Positions 38,656 to 49,336 of a stretch of DNA of 64,000 nucleotides are shown here, one piece after another; position 1 is the first letter of the stretch, and the number at the start of each line of letters is the position of its first letter. The stretch is from Eledone cirrhosa (lineage: Eukaryota). Made by a program: the position numbers and the translations under genes. Below the pieces are notes generated by a model. It had not been told where the DNA came from and did not search any database. It saw only the letters and a program-made list of their open reading frames with translations. The DNA is taken from the NCBI GenBank assembly GCA_964016885.1, contig OZ024748.1:28892001-28956000 (forward strand), read 5' to 3'.

Positions 38656-38660
<5 letters not shown>
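38005..38660 (+). mobile_element. Young 5'-truncated RTE family A copy
   Basis: Uninterrupted 208-aa RT C-terminus with (TGA)n tail; flanked by a long direct duplication. Confidence 0.92.
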
Positions 38661-38691
<31 letters not shown>

Positions 38692-38763
38692 GAAATTATA
38701 AAATAAGAGGAAATAATAGACATATCTATAAATTTTACACTCTCCCTCTCTCTCTCTTTCACT

Positions 38764-38812
<49 letters not shown>

Positions 38813-39239
38813 ATATACGAAATTATAAAATAAGAGGAAATAATAGACACAGATATATACCTATTTTTTCTTCAAAGTCCCGACTGTATAGTTTCACTGG
38901 TCCGTATGCAACAATTGTACATTATAGATATACAACATTGTTGTGAGGCAAACCAGCTTCTCAAGGAACACTTCAGGGAAGGACCATTTTCCAGACGTAT
39001 TTGTAGCAAGTGAGAAAATCTCTATAGGCGGAGGGAGGAATTAACACGTGATGCATCGGTCAAGAAGAGGACTGATTCCCATGTAATAAGTGAAAAATAT
39101 CTCAAAAGGCGGAGGGAGATATTAATGTATGATGCAGAGGTCACATTAAGGTGAACAGAAAGTGATTATAGTGTTTGCTAGAGAAAGCAATTACTACACT
39201 TTCAGGTTAACTTAACCGTAAGGGAGTTTGAGATAATAT

Positions 39240-39666
39240 AATAATTGTTTCTACTTCTGGCACAAGGCCAGCAATTACCCAGTGCATTACTGGTACTTTA
39301 TTTTATCGACCCCGTAAGGATGAAAGGCAAAGTTAACCTCGGCAGGATTTGAACTCAGTCCATAAAGGGACATAACTATGCTGCAAACATAGCGTCCGAC
39401 CCTCTACCGATTCTGCCAATATAATAATTATTTCTACTATTGGCTCAAGGCCAGCAATTACCCAGTATATTACTGGTACTTTATTTTATCGACCCCGTAA
39501 GGATGAAAGGCAAAGTTAACCTCGGCGGGATTTGAACTCAGAATGGCAAGGGCCGTAACTCTATGCGTCAAAGCATGGCGTCCGACCCTCTACCAATACT
39601 GCCAATTCATGCCAATATAATAATTGTTTCTACTTTTGGCACAAGGCCAGCAATTACCCAGTGCAT
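39240..39666 (-). mobile_element. Tandem array of about 2.3 SINE units
   Basis: ataattgtttctact..ggcacaaggccagcaattacccag restarts near 39241, 39424 and 39620. Confidence 0.85.
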
Positions 39667-39736
39667 TAATAATGAAATACACACATATACATGTATATAT
39701 ATATATATGTGTGTGTGTGTGAATGTATGTATAGTG

Positions 39737-40262
39737 TATTTGGCAATATACCGTATGTTTAATCAAAAACATTTAGAAGACCATTCGCTATCAGTTTTAA
39801 AGTAGTGACTATGTCACTTATTTTCAGCAATGGCTGGGCGAGAGACTGACAGCTGTTTCTCGCTGTTTGGCGTTTATCAAAGCCACGCACTCACCTGCTT
39901 TTGCCGAAAATTATAGAAGCTGGATTACAGTATATTGCCAAATATACTGTACACACATTCATGTATACATCGCTGTTTCAGAGCACTAATACTAATACCT
40001 AATTTTTGCTAAACTGGCAATCGCTCTGTGTAATCAGCTCCTGATTATTACTGGAATTCTATAAGAATCCAGCTTCTATAATTTTCGACAAAGGCAGGTG
40101 AGTGCGTGTCTTTGATAAACGCCAAACAGCGAGAAACAGCTGTCAACCTCTCTCCCTGCCTTTGCTGAAAATAAGTAAGTAACATAGTCACTACTTTAAA
40201 ACTGATAGCATATGGTCTTCTCAATGTTTTTAATTAAACATACGGCATATTGCCAAATATCT
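39737..40262. repeat. About 190-bp inverted repeat (arms about 39737-39926 and 40067-40260), PLE-tail-like
   Basis: Arms are reverse complements with scattered mismatches; each contains a hammerhead-like motif. Confidence 0.85.
39844..39884 (-). ncRNA. Hammerhead-like motif with U3:A8 core variant
   Basis: ggcu UUGAUAA acgc-caaaca-gcga GAAA cagcug UC aguc; mirror copy at 40108-40148 (+). Confidence 0.55.
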
Positions 40263-40780
40263 TGGAATCCCAGCTACTGTATCTTGAGTTTCAAAAACCA
40301 GGGTTGGGGCATTATATAAGTTAAAATTGACTTTCTTTAACCAATTTGACTTGTATCCCTCCACCCCAAAGTGAGATATGGACTTAAATTTAATATATTT
40401 TACATATAATTATAAAATTAACGAAGATTGCTGGTATTAAGTCAACGAACTCCGGCCAGCATCTAGCTCACTCAATGAATCTGCTGAATTGCAGTAATAC
40501 AGAGTGGCAGAGTGCACATATTTAGTTAATAGCAGATAGTGGCTGTGTTTTGGTATATATATTTGGTATGTATAGATATATGTATGTACGTATACATACT
40601 TATATTTAAGTATCAGCCGTACTAAGAGTGAGAAATGAAATTTCATTTTTTCCATTTATCGTTTTCGGTACGCCCGGCCGACTAACTCACTCGATATGCA
40701 AATTAGGCTGCTTAGCCGTTAATATGCATAAGGAAAGTATATACTTTCAAACGTTCAATCAACTGACAGGAAGGTATACA

Positions 40781-40817
40781 GTGCTGATGACAGCTAATAG
40801 GCTAGAAACTAGTTCAT
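40781..40817 (+). ncRNA. Minimal hammerhead-like motif
   Basis: gug CUGAUGA cagc-uaauag-gcua GAAA cuag UU cau; palindromic CUAG loop. Confidence 0.55.
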
Positions 40818-41359
40818 CGTTCCTTTGTCAGTGTTGAACAAAAGGGCAACGATGGTTGCCGAACACTGTACGGCTTAATTCGGGCTGTTTGTTTACAAAC
40901 AAACCGAACATTATAATAAATGTTCGGTAAACCCATATGTACATAACACCCCACCCTAGATTTAGCATTCCAATCCCCATCGATTCACCCCATCCCAACC
41001 CCCTGTCAACACTGTAAAGTGGTCTTTTTGGTACCATGACAAAAAGCACCCAGTACACTGTAAAGTGGTTATACACATGTTTCAAGAGAGTTATACATCA
41101 AATTATTGAACGAATGTTACAGGTAATTCATATAATCACAATCTATACATACAAAATGAAATACAAATTTAATTTATACTTTAACCTTACAAAAGATTGG
41201 GGACATCTCAAGCCTATTCATTGACATAACAAATGACTAAATATTAATATGAAAAATAACAGTTAATTATTACATCAATTTAAGAATGCTACTTCCAATA
41301 ATTAAAAAATGATTTAAAAACTAATTTTTCCATCTATATATTTGATTATATATATATAT

Positions 41360-41600
41360 ACTTTGTTTTTGAATTTGCTTTGCAAGATTTCTTATCTGAA
41401 AACGTGTTGAAACAGATATTGTTATACGTTGGGAGGGTCATGCTGCCAATAAAAACATACACACCTGTTGGTTTTCACTTCAATTTATTATAAATTTCTG
41501 GTTATTGAAGCAGCCAACCGGAAATCTATAATAAATTGAAATGAAAACCAACAGCGCATGTGTTTTTATTGGCAGCATGGCCATCCTAAAGTATAACACT
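41360..41600. mobile_element. Hairpin-only derivative of the same PLE tail (no ribozyme); another tail copy at 63925-64000
   Basis: Arms about 41420-41500 and 41519-41598 are inverted copies of gggagggtcatgctgccaataaaaac...ttcaatttattata. Confidence 0.8.
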
Positions 41601-42625
41601 ATATATATCATCATCATCATCGTCGTTTAACGTCCATCTTCCATGCTAGCATGGGTAGGATGGGCTGTCACTTTGTGAGGGATCAGGTTGGGGGACCATG
41701 ATTTGCTCACTCAGAACTGATTTTGCTTGGTTTCTACGGCTGGATGCCCTTCCTAACACCAACCACATTTACAGTATGTGCTGGGTGCTTTTTGCTGTGT
41801 TGCCTACACGACTACTATACAGCGTGGACTGGGTGCTTTTTGTCATGACACCTACACGACCACTTTACACTGCGGACTGGGTGCTCGCTTTTGTCATGAC
41901 ATCTACATGACCACTATAGTGGCCTGGACTCTTTTGTCATGACTCCAGTGGGGGATCACTTTATAGAGAAGGTTGGGAACCTGAGAAGGGTGGGAAAGAT
42001 ACTTTGGGAAATTGTGGATATAGGTATAAGGGAGGTTTATATATATATATGGAGGCACATGGGTGATGTGTTGTTTCCTTGAGCAAGACACTTTATTTCA
42101 CATTACTCCAGTTTACTCAGCTGTAGAAATGAGATGATAGGGACTCGGGTCCCTATCATTCCACTGCAAAAAAGCACCCATTCCACACTGTAAAGTGGAC
42201 GTGGAGGCGCCACGGCAAAAAAGCACCCAGCACTCACTGTAAATGAGGTTGGTGTTAGGAAGGGGATCCAGCTGTAGAAATCAAGCCAGAATCAGTTCCC
42301 GTCCCACCCTTGCAAGCAGGGAAAAGCAGACGTAAAATGATAATGATGATGATACATATATATATAAAGTGAGTACTAGTGCTGGTCCCACAATATAATA
42401 CACCCAGTACACTTTGTAAAGTGGTTGACATTGGGAAGGGCCTGCAGCTGTAGAAAGCATACCAAAATATCAAATCTATGAACAAGACATGTTTATCAAA
42501 TCATGTCCTGTCACAGACCTGTCTAACCTATGCCAGCATAGAAAACATACATAAAATTATGACTATGATGATGTCTTTGTGTGTACGTGTCTGTAAGTAA
42601 ACAAAAATAAACATGTCTAATTTAC

Positions 42626-42947
42626 CTGAAGTAGAGATTTTTCAACGATATCTTCAACAAGATCGATTCCCTCTCGACGCAACCTGCAATTGAGGTTGTC
42701 TGTTGCAATGTGCAATGGGATCTCAGTTGTACGCAGTGCATTCTCTAGCTGTCTCTTGACAGCCACTTGCAATTCTATCTCGTACTTCATATCTTGTATT
42801 GCTCGTTCAAGTTCAAATTTCCAGAAACTGATGTCTTGGATACTCTCTCCCAGTTTCTTGGTCATGTCATCCTGCCTTTTCTTGGAGGTGGCTTCTGAGG
42901 TGTTCATTGTGTTTGTAGAATCATTGCGGATTACTTGAGAGCTTTTT
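42626..42947 (-). CDS. TEKT4: Tektin-4, exon 2
   Basis: KSSQVIRNDS...QDDMTKKLGESIQDISFWKFELER...PLHIATDNLNCRLRREGIDLVEDIVEKSLLQ; phase 2/0. Confidence 0.95.
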
Positions 42948-44579
42948 CTGATTGAAGAAATTGATAGCTGTCTTATACTCTTCAGTAAATACAGAGTTCT
43001 ACAGTAGTAGTTCCAATAGGTTTATTATCTTATATTATGAAGCCATGTCCTATGAAGCCATGTCATGGATTTGATTCCTGGACTTGTGGCACATTACATT
43101 CTTGAGCAAAACACTTTGTTTTACATTGCTCCAGTACACTCAACTGAAAATGGCTACCAGCAGTAACTGGGATTTAACCCTGTGATGGACAGGTGTCCTG
43201 ACCAGGGAAAAATCTTGTACTTAGTCACTCAATGCCAAGGAAACCAGGATAAGCACTGACCTGATGAACCTTCAGGCTTGGGACAGACTTTAACTTTTTT
43301 TTTCATTATCCCATCACAAGGTATCTTGTTTGATGCCAACCACTACCCTGGAATGGTATTTTATTTATCAATCACAAAAGGATGAAAGGCAAATTAACTT
43401 CAGCAGGATTTGAACTCAGAATGCAGAGAGCTACAATAAATATTACAAAGCATTTTCTCTAAAGACTCTGCCAATCCTTTGTTGCCTTAACAACAACAGA
43501 CTAACAACCAGTTTCATTGACATGTACTGCTTGTCAAGGTGCACAGTGTATAGCTTCCTATTGTGTGGTAAACCATATAGCTAGAACAAAGGCACCTGTG
43601 AGTCAAACCTAGTTGCTAGACACAGGACATCACACATTTCCATTGCCACACTCTACAACAGGAAACATGAGCAAAACGTAAAAGTTTTCTCTACTTAGTC
43701 GTTCAACTTGCTAGAAATAGCAGCCAAATTTCATTTAAATCACCTTCAAAAATTTAAAACACCTCAATACTATGCAATGTCTGGGGAAATACTTTTGATG
43801 CCCCGGCACCCGCCCATAACAATAAAATGAACAGTACATGTTTGATTGATCTGTGTGTAAATACCGAATGATTTATTAGTAAATGAATAAGAAATATCAC
43901 AACATGCATGAACATCAAATAAATTCTTGTATTTCTATATGTTAGAAAGTCCTATAAGAGTGAATTTCTGGGGGAAAATCCAGGCCATAGGGTAGACCTC
44001 CCAAGAAATGGAAGGATCAAATTCGAGAAGACACGGGAACGACGTTGCTCACACCGGAAAGGATTGCTCATGGCAGAAAGAAGTGGAAGGGTTTTGTGTG
44101 CGAAGATCTCGTCTGGATTATGTAATTGAGAATACGATCGCAAAAACAAGCAGTTGAAATGGGGCTCTTCTGAAGGGTCTTTGGAGTAATATTACACGAT
44201 AGAGTGCGTAAATCAGAGATCAGGGAGTCGCTCCTGGTAGAGCCGCTATTTCTCCGAGATGAGAGATCACAGCTCCGATACTATGGGCATGTGATTAAAA
44301 TGTCTCTGGAAAGAATCGCTGGACAGATGTTACAGGCCAAACCAACAGGCAAGAGACCCAGAGCAAGATGATTGGATAACATCCATGAGCTTGGCTGGTC
44401 TTGCTTGGGGATCCAGCCGGATCAATTAGATACAGTTACTTTTGATAGGACCCACTGAAGAAGAAAGTATTTGCAAGAATTTGATATTAGTAAAAAAAAA
44501 TGCTGAAAATGAAATATATTTATGTGTGTAAATAGGCATGTGTATGTGTGTCATACGAAGACTGAAGTCTTAAATTTAC

Positions 44580-44848
44580 CTGTCAGTGGTGGATTGTAAA
44601 TAGTTGGTGTAGTTATTGTTAATCCACTCAACATCGTTGTATTTGTTAGTGCGATAACCCAGGGTGGACATACCCATATCGTTGCCAGTATTAGTCATTA
44701 AGACGGAATCTTCGAAGGTCTCTCTCCTGGTCTTACTGTCTATTTCACCGTTTGGACCACATTCCGCCGCGGGGTGAGGAATACTTGCCTCACAATTGTC
44801 GCCCGGCGGTTCACACGTATTCAGGTTGGGGCATACACTTACAGACAT
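44580..44848 (-). CDS. TEKT4: Tektin-4, exon 1
   Basis: ATG at 44848; ...STLGYRTNKYNDVEWINNNY typical of the TEKT4 N-terminus; AG|GTAAAT donor; the seven exons sum to 1401 nt. Confidence 0.88.
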
Positions 44849-44969
44849 TTTCAGCTTTTGTCCTTGTTTATTATGAATGTAATAAACACATAGTAAGCGG
44901 TAGTGGAAGTAGAAAAGAGAGAGAAAAATACATAAAAAAGAGAGAGGGTGGGAGGAGAGAAAACTAGTA

Positions 44970-45004
44970 GCATCCTAGCAACACACGGTGGTTGCTATGG
45001 GATC
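44970..45004. promoter_or_regulatory. Two RFX X-box-like motifs upstream of the tektin start
   Basis: gcatcctagcaac (44970-44982) and gttgctatgggatc (44991-45004) match the GTTGCYAnG half-site, about 120-155 bp from the ATG. Confidence 0.7.
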
Positions 45005-46870
45005 TATCTGCAATCAAATAGAATAATTTAAATAAAAATAAAGGGAGATAACTCCACTTGAATTCTGAAATTGCTTTTCTCTGATACGTTTGTATTTTTT
45101 AACTTACACTTCGCATACATTCCACTAATTAGCCCTTAAATTCTGGCCGAATGGTAGGGCCGCCGTCAGGACAAGCCCATTCCTTTCTATTCCTGAACGC
45201 AGCCGATTTCTTCCAGAGAAAATGAGAAAGAGATATAGAGAAAGAATCAACAACTACTGGAATAGTATTTTGTTTATCGACCTCGGAGGAATAAAAGGCA
45301 AAGTTGACATCGTCGTGATTTTAACTCAGAAAGCAGGAACAAATACCGCAAGGCATTTTATCTGACGTTCTAACGATTTCATCAATACACTTATTTTGTC
45401 CTGCCGCCTGAATAATGGTCGTTTCGCCTACCACACCGAGCTAAACAATCATTAAACGGGCCTCCACAATTGTCGATTTAAAGTCGGCATATCTGCAGCT
45501 ACATGTAGCTGAAAAACTGTGGAAATATCAACTGGTCAGGTGTAAAGGCCAGACATACTGCCTGACCTGGCTGGGGTTCAGGTTGAATTCAGCCTCAAAA
45601 ATCATTTAGGACATTAGTATCGGTGTACATATATGCATTATTAGAAACGACAATAAATGGCGGTATGTGTTGTGACAAGGTTTTTACTTCACAGAAGTCA
45701 AAGGGATTAATATAAATAAATCATTACCCGTGGGTCACAACTCCTAGGCTGAAGTGTGTGGAGAAGAACAGAGATCTTCTCTTGGAGGTATTAACATCTT
45801 CTTAGGCTGTCGGTGGCATTCTTCTTGGATGGCGAAGGAAAATGAGAGAGGAATCATCTCATGAAAAGGTCGCAGGTGTTGTTAACACTTTGGGATTCAG
45901 GAGGCGAGAGAGAGATCGCCCTAACCTGTCCCTTTTATAGGGTCCGGCCGGAAGTGACAAAAAGGGTTCTATCACCACAACGGGAAGTAACTCCAGCTAC
46001 TTCCTGTCTAGAGAGCGGTGATGTGATTGTCATGACAAGGGAAGCAACTCTTGCTACATTATCGCCCGCCAGATTTTTAAAACAAAAATCGAATGAAACA
46101 TGTATGAAGTAAGATGGCGAGCATGTAAGAGGCATGCAAATAATGTTTGCAATAAAAGGAAAATAGCAAAATATATGCATGCAAAAATCAATGATAGATA
46201 ACAAGGTAGCCAACCGCTCTTGGCCAGAGAACTATCTATCCATCACTCAAAGATACAATGTAATCAAAGTAAGATAAGAGGTCAAAGTTCAAATATTCAA
46301 AATACAGTTCACATGTGTGCAATCACATGACAGCAGGAAAGAATGTGTTCCAGAGAATGAATGCAGGTGGTTTCTGGTCTGTGGTATAACGTGAAATTTC
46401 CAACTTCCGAAGGGAATTTCTCACAAGAAGAATGCTGCAGAAATAAATTCTCTGGCTTGTTCTGCTGGTTTTGGTTGTTGATGAAGCTGTGTTGTTGTTG
46501 TTGATGTTGTGAATGCGTTGACCTGAAAGGGTCAAGAAGCCAGCGACCAGAGAAATAAGCATTCTGAATAAATGCGCAGTTTTCAACGGCAAATTTACGT
46601 GGTAAAATTTTAAACCGGCAAATAGAAGAATATAGCTTGGTGGAAAGAATAAGCAATAGTTGAGATTCAGCGAAAATATGTGTTCATGTTGAAGTGTGTA
46701 AAAAAAAAATCAAATTCTCTTTTTTTTTTTTTCTTTTAAAATGTTCGTTGTAAGAAGAAACGAAAAACATATATATACATCCAGTGAAATGGTAATGAGA
46801 GGTACATTGTAATACAATAAATAAATAAATAAAAAGAACAAAAAAAAAAAATAAGGCTCCAGTGGCCAGT

Positions 46871-49331
46871 TCACATAAAAATAGTTTGGCAGAACTTTTT
46901 GGGCCAGTGGACTCTCCGACCGGAACGGGTTGTAGTCTTGTATGTAGGTGAAGGAGGGGCAGAAGGAGCAGGTGTATGCACAAGAGAGAAAGATTGGGGT
47001 ATATGTGGCTCGGGTGTGTGAGCGTCATTGTGTGCCCTTTTTAGTCTATCCACCGAAATTGTCTCTCTGGACCACTTAACGTCTACAGTGAAATGTTTGT
47101 CAGTACGTACTAACATACGGTAGGGTCCAAAGTATGGTTGTGTGAGGAGTGGTCTCACAGCATCGTTCCTTACGAACACATGGGTCCACGAGGCAATATC
47201 CCTCGGGACCGCAGGTTTTACAGTTTGTTTCCTCGTATCCATCGGCGGCAGGTCCTGAAAATAAGAACACAGACAGGATACGTAGGAAAGCAGATCTTGG
47301 AAAGCAAGATCAACAGGGGTAAGCATTTGCCCAGGCAACGCTAGAGGAGCACCGTAAATTAATTCGGCCGGGGAGAACCCAAGGTCCTCCTTTATTGATG
47401 ACCGAATTCCTCACAACTCAATAGGATGGTACTCGCTCCAACGTTGAGAGTCTGGATAGGCGCGAAGAGCGGCCTTTAATTGGCGGTGGAATCGTTCCAC
47501 CATTCCGTTTGAAGGAGGATGATAGGCTGTGGTCCGAATCCGTTGAGCTCCAATTATCTTTGTGAGCTCAGAGAAGAGATGGGACTCGAATTGTCTACCA
47601 CGGTCTGTGGTGACTGTAGTTGGTACCCCAAAGCGGGTAATCCACCCTGATACCAGGGCACGTGCTACAGTCTCAGCAGTCATATCTTGTAAGGGGATGG
47701 CTTCAGGCCATCGCGAAAAACGATCGACACACGTCAATATGTATGAATATCCACTGCTGAATGGCCAAGGTCCAACGAGGTCAATGTGTATGTGCTGAAA
47801 CCGAACATCAGGAGTACTGAAAGTACCAAGTGGAGTCCGGATGTGTCTATGGATTTTCGATTTCTGGCAAGTGATGCAGGAACGGCACCAAGTAGCAATG
47901 TCGTGCCTCATATTTGGCCAGAAGAATCTGGCTGTTATGAGCTTTACTGTGGCAGCAGATCCTGGATGAGAAATGTTGTGCAAAGCCAGGAACACAATTC
48001 GACGGTGAGTCTCAGGAACAAGTGGTCGTGGTGCATCAGTGGATACATCACATAGAATCTGCCTGTCGGTGGTGGACAAGGGCAGATATTTGAAAATGCA
48101 AGTCGCAAATTCAGTAGAAAGAGTGTCCAACGATTGGAGTGCAGGTTGGTCTGCAGCTAAACGACCTAAGTCGATCTCCTGGGATGACGAGATGGAGCTA
48201 ATTAGCAAACGTGACAATGCGTCTGCAACTATGTTGTGCGAGCCGGCAATGTGCTGGATATCGTTTGTAAATTGTGAAACGAAGTCCAGCTGCCTTGTCT
48301 CTCTGGGCGAATATCTGTCGGCTTTACCCCTCAAAGCGAAGGTCAACGGTTTGTGGTCGGTAAAAACTATAAAATTTCTCCCCTCAAGAATATGAGAGAA
48401 ATGTTTCACCGACAGATATATGGCTAATAATTCCCCCCCAACCGTGCTACAACGCGTTTCTGCTGGTTTCAGCTTCCTCGAGAAAAATGCCAAAGGTTGT
48501 TGGTTTTCAGCGTAGGACTGCTGTAAAACTGCTCTCACAGCGGTATCAGATGCATCAACACAAAGCGAAAGCTTGGCCTCTGGTACCGGGTGGGCTAGCA
48601 AAGATGAACTAGCGAGTGCTGTCTTGGCAGTCTGGAAGTCTTGAAGCTGTCCTTGTGTCAAGGAAATATCCTCATTCTTCTTACGACGATTTTTTCAAAT
48701 GTCAGTAAGGGAAGATAGCAAATTAGCACAATGAGGAACGAAACGCCTATAGAAATTGATTAGGCCTAAGAAGTGACGCAACTGGTGAAGTGTAGTAGGC
48801 GGAGGTAACTCCTGTATGGCTTGAACTCGCTGAGGGAGCGGCATAATACCTTCGGCGTCGATGAGGTGGCCCAAAAAATTTAGGGAAGTGGAACCGAAAA
48901 CATACTTTGCTGGATTCACACGAACGCGGTAATCCTGAAGTCGCCGAAATAAGAAATGCATGTGGCGCATATGCTCTTCCGGAGAGGAACTAGCGACGTG
49001 AAGATGCAAAATCGTGGAGATGGAGAATGGGATACCTATCCGGGACGGTCATGGCATTTAACCTCCTATAATCCCCAGTGGGTCTCCAGTCGCCGGAAGT
49101 CTTGGGCACCATGTGTAACGGTGAAGCATATGGTCGAACTCGGACCGTGCTGCCTTTAATTTTTCCATCGGTAAGCGGCGTGGACGCGAAAACACTGGAG
49201 CACCGGTGGTGGAAACGAAATGTTCGGTCGAGTGTGTTGGCTCAGTGACTCGAAAATTTCCATCCGTGAGCTCCGGGAAAGAACCCAGCAACGAATGGTA
49301 GGCGTCTCCAGCGGCAGCGATGAAGTATATG
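46871..49331 (-). pseudogene. Element A pol (RT with core deleted, RNase H, integrase), frameshifted
   Basis: [12 protein letters not shown] jumps to [10 protein letters not shown] (YxDD region absent); [50 protein letters not shown]. Confidence 0.9.
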
Positions 49332-49336
49332 GGACT

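Noticed and set aside
45140-45210. tRNA-like start (tggccgaatggtaggg) near the tektin promoter
   Set aside because: No convincing T-arm/B-box or acceptor stem
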